A program made the position numbers and the translations under genes. Positions 39,060-48,128 of a DNA stretch of 48,128 nucleotides are shown one piece after another (positions within the stretch are counted from its first letter, which is position 1; each line of letters starts with the position of its first letter). The notes below the pieces were generated by a model. The model had not been told where the DNA came from, searched no databases, and saw only the letters and a list, made by a program, of their open reading frames with translations. Origin of the DNA: an uncultured Spirochaetota bacterium (GTDB lineage: Bacteria > Spirochaetota > Spirochaetia > SZUA-6 > Fen-1364); the NCBI GenBank assembly GCA_963745235.1, contig CAVUXE010000081.1, positions 1-48,128 of the forward strand. Direction: 5' to 3'.

Positions 39060-40418
39060 TTAGAAGTTGACCATTACATTCACTCCCGTCTTGAACTGCA
39101 CACCCGCACCAGATGCGAAAGCCGTCCCCGGGACGAAGAGGCCACCCCATAGGGACGACCCCACATCAGAGAGAGGGCTGTAATTGATGCTCAGGTCCAT
39201 TTCGGAGCCCAGATAGGAGCTCGTACTCCCTGAGGCAAGGCCCGGTTCGCTGATCGCTCCCGACGTCGGACGGAAGTAGGCATCCGCCTGTAGACCCGTT
39301 TGAAGTTTGGACAACGGCTTTAGAGAGTAGCTTGCCTCAGCAACTACGATATTAGACAATTGCGGCGAGAATACGTTATCCAGCGTTGGCCGTGATATCG
39401 GAGTAAAGACAGAAAAGCCCTGGCTCTGGCCTTCAGCAACCGTGCCTGCGTTGGGATCTCCGCTCGCGTAAAGAACGCGCGCCCCGATGACGGAGGAGAG
39501 AGCGCCGGGAAGGAAAACACGCACCCCACCGCCTGCAAGAGCTGCGAAGAAAAGGATGTTCTGATAGCTTCCACTTTGATAAGAGAGCATCTGGCCTGAT
39601 TCAAGATACGAGAACACGTCGTAGTAGAGGTTACCGACAATATTCCCGCTCAGTCCTAGACCCAGATACTGTGTATTCACCTGGCCGCCTTCCTCGGGCT
39701 CGTCCATTGTCGATCCATCTGATACAAGCGATTCAGCGCTGCCATCCGCCAGATCCAGAGCCGTTCCTCTGAGGTCCTGTTGCGCAATTGCTGAGACCGC
39801 GAGCCTCTGCCCGGGCAGCGTGAGAAGAGTTGCCTGGACGAGCTCGATCACGCGCGGTGAGCCGAAGTTGACGCTGGTATTTGTATAATCGTTGAGGTCG
39901 GACTTCGAGAGCTCAATCGACGAAGCTCCCTTTGTCACCAGCCCCGTATAACCTGCCGCGACGTTCAAGGATATCCCGGAAAACTCGAGATCCAGGAGTA
40001 CACCATCTGCATCATGAGAAAGCACCCTCGTAGTGAAGTCAGAAAGCACGAGACGACCGACGGTGAACTGCAACTGTCGAAGGGTTCCATTCAGCTGGTA
40101 GCTTCCGTGCAGGTTCAACAAGTCCGCGTTTGCATAGAGAAGCAACGTATTGAAAGGCAGAACCGGAGCAGTGTTGAAGGTGCCATTGACCTGAACGTTC
40201 AAGGATAAGTTGTCGTTGAACGCAGCCTGAACCCATCCCTTCAGCACATCCTCCTGCACGAGCCCCGGGGAGCTTCCCGGCACAGTAGCTGCACCTGAAG
40301 AATTGCCTACCCCCGTGAGATTGAAGAAGGTGCCGCCCAGATCAACGCTACCCGCCCCAGCAGTAATCGTGAAAATCACGGCAAAGCCCATTACAAAGAG
40401 ATGCCTTACCAGCCGCAT
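39060..40418 (-). CDS. Predicted outer-membrane beta-barrel (copy 2)
   Basis: Colinear with 19475-20833; ends VNVMVNF. Confidence 0.8.
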   Translation of the reverse strand: MRLVRHLFVMGFAVIFTITAGAGSVDLGGTFFNLTGVGNSSGAATVPGSSPGLVQEDVLKGWVQAAFNDNLSLNVQVNGTFNTAPVLPFNTLLLYANADLLNLHGSYQLNGTLRQLQFTVGRLVLSDFTTRVLSHDADGVLLDLEFSGISLNVAAGYTGLVTKGASSIELSKSDLNDYTNTSVNFGSPRVIELVQATLLTLPGQRLAVSAIAQQDLRGTALDLADGSAESLVSDGSTMDEPEEGGQVNTQYLGLGLSGNIVGNLYYDVFSYLESGQMLSYQSGSYQNILFFAALAGGGVRVFLPGALSSVIGARVLYASGDPNAGTVAEGQSQGFSVFTPISRPTLDNVFSPQLSNIVVAEASYSLKPLSKLQTGLQADAYFRPTSGAISEPGLASGSTSSYLGSEMDLSINYSPLSDVGSSLWGGLFVPGTAFASGAGVQFKTGVNVMVNF

Positions 40419-40419
40419 A

Positions 40420-40899
40420 TCAGACTTTCTCCTTCCAATCGAGGACGGCTCCGAGGATCCACATCACCTCTTCCCCCGAGACGACTCGATTCGGGTGAGT
40501 GTAGCCTTTCAGCAGTCCCAGCGAGGCCAGCTCCCGCGTGGCGTAGCGGGGACCGGGAAACAGGGTGTAGAACAATCCCCCCTTGATCCTCTGTGTTTCC
40601 ATGATGAGATAGCAGACCTGACCAAGCGTTGCAGGCTCTGTCGGCAAAGGGGTCTTCGACAGAAGCTTCTTCTCTGCGACCGCCGTAGTCGCATCCTCAC
40701 CGGTCGCGTTGTCAGGGACAAATCCCACTGCGGACAGGATGACGTACGCGGCATCTCCGAAGGTTGCTGGCTTTTCGTCTAACAAACGATCGACGGTCTG
40801 GTTCGATTGCGCAGCAAGGCTTGCCGCGCCTGCAAGCAACAGGACGATCCAAATTTGAAATCGCCGAATATGAAAATGACCGAACTCGCTCTTCATCAT
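40420..40899 (-). CDS. Small exported SLH-like protein (copy 2)
   Basis: The C-terminal half is almost identical to 20835-21314. Confidence 0.75.
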   Translation of the reverse strand: MMKSEFGHFHIRRFQIWIVLLLAGAASLAAQSNQTVDRLLDEKPATFGDAAYVILSAVGFVPDNATGEDATTAVAEKKLLSKTPLPTEPATLGQVCYLIMETQRIKGGLFYTLFPGPRYATRELASLGLLKGYTHPNRVVSGEEVMWILGAVLDWKEKV

Positions 40900-41022
40900 T
40901 ACCTTTTCCTCCGCTTAAGACTCTTTCGAATTGTACCGCTTTATTGCCTGTCAAGGAAAATCGATGCATCAACCAATACCCTTTCCCGGCCTACCCCCCA
41001 TGAACGGTAGACAGTTCCCCCA

Positions 41023-41487
41023 TTACCGCAAGCTGAAGCGCTTTCCCCTTTTTCGAAGCTGCTCTCCGAGCTCCTGCCTGACGACCCTGATCTCCTTTTC
41101 AAGGTCAAGGCGCTCGAGACCTTTCCCTTTCCAAATCCCCTTGAGTTTCCTCTTGGTCTGACCTTTTTCCGAAGGATCCGTTGTCGCAATCCCTGAAAGA
41201 ACGACCGGCGGCCGGTCGGGGAACGCCGCCACTAGCTGCAGGTCCCCACCAAGCGCCCTTACAGCTTTTCTGAGCGTTGAAAGCAACAGGTCGCTGCGCT
41301 TCTCAAGACGTGAGACTCCCTCCTGGCGAATCCCCAGCGCTCTTGCTATCCGCACCTGGGTCACTTTCCGCGCCCTTCGCAGCTCCCGTAACGTCATCTC
41401 TTCAGCAACAAGCTGTGCGGCTCGAGCCTCCACCCTCTTCCTTCGGGAAGCGCTGAGACCCTTTATTTTCTGATCTAAGCTCTTCAT
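41023..41487 (-). CDS. HigA-like XRE antitoxin with extra C-terminal tail
   Basis: LRELRRA...TQ...VSRLEKRSDLLLSTL...LGG; overlaps the toxin stop. Confidence 0.88.
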   Translation of the reverse strand: MKSLDQKIKGLSASRRKRVEARAAQLVAEEMTLRELRRARKVTQVRIARALGIRQEGVSRLEKRSDLLLSTLRKAVRALGGDLQLVAAFPDRPPVVLSGIATTDPSEKGQTKRKLKGIWKGKGLERLDLEKEIRVVRQELGEQLRKRGKRFSLR

Positions 41488-41855
41488 GGCTCTCTTTTCC
41501 TTTCAGCTTTCAGCCTAGCCAAGTGTGCGGCATATCTCCCGTCGGCTATCGCAATCAGCCCGCGATAGAAGCGGCCTTCACTCACGCCAGATTTGTCGCC
41601 ACCACATAGAAGAATCGCTCTCCTTCTTGGATCAAACGCGAACACGATTCTCCACACACCATCCGCCGCATCAAACCGAAGCTCTTTCATCTTCGAATAT
41701 CGCGAACCCTTGAGCGTATCGACCCAAGGCCTTCCCAACTGCGGACCAAATGTCTCAAGAACTTTGAGGCTTGCAAGCGCCTCGTCTTGAACTTCCTGAG
41801 CAAGGTCATCGAGCTCGACTTCGAACTCTTCATGAAAGAACACTTCCCAAGGCAT
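41484..41855 (-). CDS. HigB/RelE-family toxin
   Basis: GPQLGRPWVDTLKGS, MKELR, AFDPRR and GGDK motifs. Confidence 0.9.
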   Translation of the reverse strand: MPWEVFFHEEFEVELDDLAQEVQDEALASLKVLETFGPQLGRPWVDTLKGSRYSKMKELRFDAADGVWRIVFAFDPRRRAILLCGGDKSGVSEGRFYRGLIAIADGRYAAHLARLKAERKREP

Positions 41856-41861
41856 GCTTAA

Positions 41862-41889
41862 ATTATGTCTTCGGAGACATACTTGTCAA
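41862..41889 (-). promoter_or_regulatory. TA promoter with embedded operator, likely leaderless mRNA
   Basis: TTGACA-N16-CATAAT ends 6 nt before the ATG; palindrome TATGTCT-N4-AGACATA at 41864-41881. Confidence 0.7.
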
Positions 41890-41911
41890 CTATGCATTAA
41901 CATGATGCGAA

Positions 41912-41969
41912 GTAGACCGAAGACAAGATTATGGGCAGTCGGTTAGGTCCAAAGCGCGCAAGGGGTTCA
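41912..41969 (+). repeat. TA-adjacent intergenic repeat, copy B
   Basis: 47 of 58 nt match 23585-23642. Confidence 0.8.
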
Positions 41970-42026
41970 CAGCCGTTCACAGCCCCCCGGATTGCAGTGC
42001 CAATTGGACTTAGGTAAAATTGCGCA

Positions 42027-42446
42027 GTGGCAGAGAATCGCAAGAAATCTGACAAGCGTCCTCCCTACAGGCGAAGCAAGCAGCGGGAAAGAATCCTTTC
42101 TCTCCTGAGATCAACGGACACCCATCCCACCGCAAACTGGCTCTTCGGCAGGCTGAAGAAGGAGTTCCCCAACCTCAGCATAGGAACCATCTACCGAAAC
42201 ATCGGGATCCTGGTCCAACAGGGCCTGATCGGTAGAATTGCCTTCGGCAGTACTATCGACCGCCTTGATGCGAATGTCACCGACCACTACCATTTCATCT
42301 GCGAAAAGTGTGATGCGATCATCGATCTGAAGCTCCCTGTCGAGCGCGGCCTGGATAAGCGGGTTCCGACCTCTGAGGGTTTCGAAGTACACAGGCACGC
42401 GGTCGAGTTTTACGGATTATGCCCGAAATGCGCGAAGAAGGCTTGA
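42027..42446 (+). CDS. Fur-family regulator (PerR-like by context)
   Basis: HPTA, TIYRN, HYHFICxxC and CxxC motifs; upstream of katG. Confidence 0.92.
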   Translation: MAENRKKSDKRPPYRRSKQRERILSLLRSTDTHPTANWLFGRLKKEFPNLSIGTIYRNIGILVQQGLIGRIAFGSTIDRLDANVTDHYHFICEKCDAIIDLKLPVERGLDKRVPTSEGFEVHRHAVEFYGLCPKCAKKA

Positions 42447-42487
42447 CGGCTTCCTCTTTCTGCCCAATAATAAGAATCGTTCCGAAT
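42443..42487 (+). promoter_or_regulatory. katG promoter with overlapping Fur/Per-like box
   Basis: TTGACG-N17-AATAAT followed by AAGAATCGTTCCGAAT. Confidence 0.5.
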
Positions 42488-42491
42488 ATGA

Positions 42492-44692
<2,201 letters not shown>

Positions 44693-44814
44693 TGACGGAG
44701 GAAAACTGTGGCTCTCTGAGCATAGCCGCAAGATGGGGTTCAAGCGAACATGAGGCGAACGATTTTGGAAAAGATAAAGACCCTAATACCGCTGGAAACG
44801 GCAAGGAGAATTCA

Positions 44815-45345
44815 ATGATCTCAAAGAAGATGGCCGAGAGGATTAATGAACAAATCAACAAGGAAATCTACTCGGCGTACCTCTATCTGGCGATGTCGGC
44901 ACGGATGACTGAAGCAGGTTTCAAGGGAGTGGGGAACTGGCTTCTGATCCAGTACCACGAGGAGATGTTTCACGCAATGAAGTTCTTCAACTATCTCCAA
45001 GACCAGGGTGCGGGAGTACAACTGAAACAGATCGCAACCCCCGAGTTCAAGGAGACAACGGTGAAGGACCTCTTTCAGCACGTGCTTGAACACGAAAAGG
45101 CTGTAACGAAAAGCATCCACGAAATCATGGCCTTGGCGGTCGAAGAGAAGGACTACGCCACCCAGATTCTGGATCAATGGTATGTCGATGAGCAGATCGA
45201 GGAAGAGAAGAACGCGTCCGAAATTCTGCAATCAATCGAGCTTGTGGGAAACACGCCCCAGGGCGTTTTCTTGCTCAACATCGAACTTGCGAAACGCAAG
45301 CTCGGTGTACCGAGTAACTTCACGCAGGTGGGTGGCGGGGAGTAG
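44815..45345 (+). CDS. Non-heme ferritin
   Basis: QINKEIYSAYLYLAM, EExxH, EHE and EQIEEE ferroxidase motifs. Confidence 0.93.
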   Translation: MISKKMAERINEQINKEIYSAYLYLAMSARMTEAGFKGVGNWLLIQYHEEMFHAMKFFNYLQDQGAGVQLKQIATPEFKETTVKDLFQHVLEHEKAVTKSIHEIMALAVEEKDYATQILDQWYVDEQIEEEKNASEILQSIELVGNTPQGVFLLNIELAKRKLGVPSNFTQVGGGE

Positions 45346-45771
45346 CCTCGTTACATAGCGGCAGCACAGCAGAAGCCGCGGTTTAACCCGACATCTGCGT
45401 GGCGATATTCGTTCATCTCATTTCTTGAGGGCATTCTACGAATGCCCTCAATCATTCGCCCCGAACAACAGTTGTGCGTCCCCTCCCCTTTTCGGACCAA
45501 AGTAGACACATCGCAGGTTATTGGCACAGCAGGCGGATTCTCGCGCACAAATAAGGTCGATACACTTTGACAATCAAGTCTTGGGCTGCGTTGCCTGAGC
45601 ACATCCTTTCTCTGTGTGCTTTCCGCCTTTTCTGTTCCAGAGAACGCTCGGGCTGCTTCCCTGCGAAGCTCCTACAAGGGAGCAATCCGTCCTGACGGCT
45701 GTGTCGCTGCCAATTTTGCCGTGTCGACAGCCATAACGACTCGGCTTTTGCCATCCTCAAAAGCATCCCTT

Positions 45772-46347
45772 TCACTTATTGTCTATGGCCCGGAAAATTA
45801 GTCCGTCACTCCGCATTGCGGTTATGGTGTCTGCGATGATTTTGTCAACATCGTCGGAACTAATCGAACCAATATAGTTGCCGGCCATTGCTTTTGGTGC
45901 ATCAAATTTAGCCTTGGCTCGCCAAACAGTGCGACCGAGTTCTGCGTCCACGATAGTAAAGTCGAAAACGCCGCTGACAAGCTCCTTTTGCTGATTAACA
46001 TTTTCTTCAGAAAGCCCTACAAGCATCACCACACTAGCACCAAAACCTTTCATGGCATTCTGCAATTCATCCTTGCTCAACTCCAAACCTCTCAGTCGCT
46101 TTCCCTTGGTTTCGATTCCTGCGGCGGCTAACTTCTTCTGCATGCAGTCGGCCAGATAGTCACCAAGTATATCGCTGCTACCAATCGTTCCATCGTTCAA
46201 GTTGCTCTCCCCTGTGTCTACCACCAAGTAGAGGCGATCCAAGACCTTGGTATAGTCTTGGTCTTTCTTGGATTCCACTGACATAGTCGACGCACAGGCT
46301 GCAAGAACGCAAACGGTGATAGTGAGCAGGATTAAGGACTTCCACAT
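45772..46347 (-). CDS. Hypothetical lipoprotein
   Basis: MWKS...VLAAC lipobox; RBS GGAGG. Confidence 0.75.
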   Translation of the reverse strand: MWKSLILLTITVCVLAACASTMSVESKKDQDYTKVLDRLYLVVDTGESNLNDGTIGSSDILGDYLADCMQKKLAAAGIETKGKRLRGLELSKDELQNAMKGFGASVVMLVGLSEENVNQQKELVSGVFDFTIVDAELGRTVWRAKAKFDAPKAMAGNYIGSISSDDVDKIIADTITAMRSDGLIFRAIDNK

Positions 46348-46410
46348 GACAGGCCCTCCAGTGGCGTTTAACTGATCCCGCTTTGGCACGACGGCTCCTT
46401 GCAGACGCTC

Positions 46411-47349
46411 CTACACGAGCACCGTTATTGCAAGCCAGCCAAAGACTGCCAGGGGATAGAAGCAGGCCATGTTGAAGAACCGCAGCGCCTCGTCGGCGGT
46501 CTGCCGGCGGAGCCAGCGCGCGATCGGCACGAGAAGCAGCGCGACGCCTGCGGCGGTCGCCCCGGCAAAGTAGAACAGGGCTCGCGGCATGGGAACCACA
46601 AGGGGAAAGAGCAGGCTGAGGAAGACCACGGCCGAAACGAAAGCAAAGGAAATCCACGAGGCCGCCTTCTGGCCATGCCGTACCGGGACAGTCTTGATGC
46701 CGAGGTGACGGTCCTCCTCGAGATCGCTCCAGTCGTTAGGAATGTTCCTACCGCCGATTTCCCAGGTGAAGGCCCAGGCAAAGAACACGAGCACCATGGC
46801 GATGCTCGGAGCGACGTTTACCGCCCAGACGCCTGCCAGGCCGCCTACGCCTACCATCAGTCCCGAGAGCAGCCCTTTCCAGTAGCTCACGCGCAGGAGC
46901 TTGCAGTAGACCGTTTCGAGGATGAACGCCCCCGCCAGCAGGAACGCGCAGCTTGGCCGCAGAAGGAACGCAAGGACAAGGGAAAGGAGGCCCCAGAACG
47001 CCACCCAGGCGACCCCCGCCCCATAGCTGAGGCTGTCCTGGGCGAGGGGGTGACGCTGCCCCATGGAATCGAGATCGAAGGTTGCGCGGTCGGATCGATA
47101 TTTCACCATCTTCTCGCGATCTACCTTCACATCGATGACGTCGTTGAGCGCAAAGACCGAGGTGTAGCCGGCGAAGCCGGCGACCAGCCCCAGGATGATC
47201 GTGCGAGTCGACGGCGGGCCTCCGAGGAGCACGGCAGCCAGCGCGCCGCCCACCGCGGGATGAGCCACGTCGAGAACGGAATGTGTCATCCTCGAAAGCC
47301 CGAAGAACTGCTTGATTCCTATGACTTGGCGTACCTGCGCGGCGTCCAT
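46411..47349 (-). CDS. UbiA-family prenyltransferase
   Basis: NDVIDVKVD and NDWSDLEED Asp-rich motifs; multiple TMs. Confidence 0.9.
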   Translation of the reverse strand: MDAAQVRQVIGIKQFFGLSRMTHSVLDVAHPAVGGALAAVLLGGPPSTRTIILGLVAGFAGYTSVFALNDVIDVKVDREKMVKYRSDRATFDLDSMGQRHPLAQDSLSYGAGVAWVAFWGLLSLVLAFLLRPSCAFLLAGAFILETVYCKLLRVSYWKGLLSGLMVGVGGLAGVWAVNVAPSIAMVLVFFAWAFTWEIGGRNIPNDWSDLEEDRHLGIKTVPVRHGQKAASWISFAFVSAVVFLSLLFPLVVPMPRALFYFAGATAAGVALLLVPIARWLRRQTADEALRFFNMACFYPLAVFGWLAITVLV

Positions 47350-47351
47350 GC

Positions 47352-47921
47352 AATCCTCCTCTCTATTGCCCTCGCGCTGATTGCGTGGGCGTCGTTGACA
47401 GCGCCCGGCCGCTTGGAGTGGGCACCGCCCACCTGCGTGCGCGGAACGCCCCGTAGCGGCACGGGTCCCTGCCGAATGTGGGGCGCATCAACAGGAACGT
47501 GGGGGACTTCCCGCAGGGACTTGATTAAGCCCGGCAGGCCGAAACGCAGCAGCCCCTCGGGTCGAAGGATCCCTGGTCCAGTCGGCCGTGCCCACGCCTC
47601 CTTCGACCCGCCTCGTGGCATCCAGCAGCTCGGAGAAGCCCTCGACACTGGCGAACGCAGGATGCGACCACTGGTCGAGAAGCTGCCGCATCACGGGCTT
47701 TTCCCGGAAGTTCAAGGGGACCGCGCGTCCCTCTGGTTCCAATCCGCGAGCATCAGGATCCCCCCAGGCTTGAGCACCCATGTCAGCTCTCCGGCAAAGA
47801 CTGCCTTGTCGGGCTTGTGGGGTCCGAACGATTGGTAACTGCATGCGGTTGAGAGATATAGGACGACACCGATGGCGAGCAGCACCGCAAGAACGTAGAT
47901 CACGATGAGACGCGCACTCAC
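47352..47921 (-). pseudogene. Broken MPBQ/MSBQ-type (cyanobacterial-like) SAM methyltransferase
   Basis: Fragments in three frames: LYLSTAxSYQS, GPHxPDKAVFAxEL.VLKPGG..ADWNQRD, LNFxEKPVMRQLLDQWSHPAF and RPEGLLRFG..G.IKSLREVP. The SAM-binding middle is deleted. Confidence 0.75.
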
Positions 47922-48128
47922 GAGGCGGGCACCTCGGTCCTGCCTGGAACGGTTTCATGGCCCGCCGTGGCCCATCTCGAACAGGCAAGAGGAATGTCTG
48001 GTCGCCACTGCATGAGGGCCCCATTCTACTGCCACGGAACATCACGTCAAGGCGACAAGGTTTCCTGTTCCCGACGTGCCGGGGTCCTCTCGTAGAGAGT
48101 TTCGTTCGCCTCATCATACACGGTGAGG

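Noticed and set aside
40930-40954. TTGACA...TACAAT promoter for operon copy 2
   Set aside because: The spacer is only 13 nt.
45351-45770. Short ORFs or IS remnant after ferritin
   Set aside because: No transposase motifs are recognisable; only the motif at 45502 was kept.

Overview
This 48-kb window is a mosaic accessory region, probably from a free-living spirochaete (inferred from the MCP style, the signal peptides and the FecR/barrel gene set). In order it holds: two chemoreceptors; a thioredoxin-like gene; a decayed FGE/SUMF1 gene; a secreted ankyrin protein; a type II R-M pair between two paralogous tyrosine recombinases; two SCO proteins; a BrnTA-like toxin-antitoxin (TA) pair; a broken third recombinase; a GH172/ABC/YesMN sugar locus; a WYL regulator; a HigBA-like TA pair; fur-katG-ferritin; a UbiA gene; and a broken MPBQ/MSBQ-type methyltransferase. 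The best candidate for an undescribed system occurs twice (14.3-21.3 kb and 35.6-40.9 kb). It is a tightly packed operon of a small SLH-like exported protein, an outer-membrane beta-barrel, a FecR-domain protein with an invariant Trp-rich tail, lipoproteins with a constant N-domain and exchangeable Ig-like C-domain, and an unusual ~600-aa GT-A enzyme with a PqqD/RRE-like N-terminus. I hypothesise surface-protein display plus glycosylation. Several single-base frameshifts (MCP, katG) may be sequencing errors. All family calls come from recognising motifs by eye; no searches were run.
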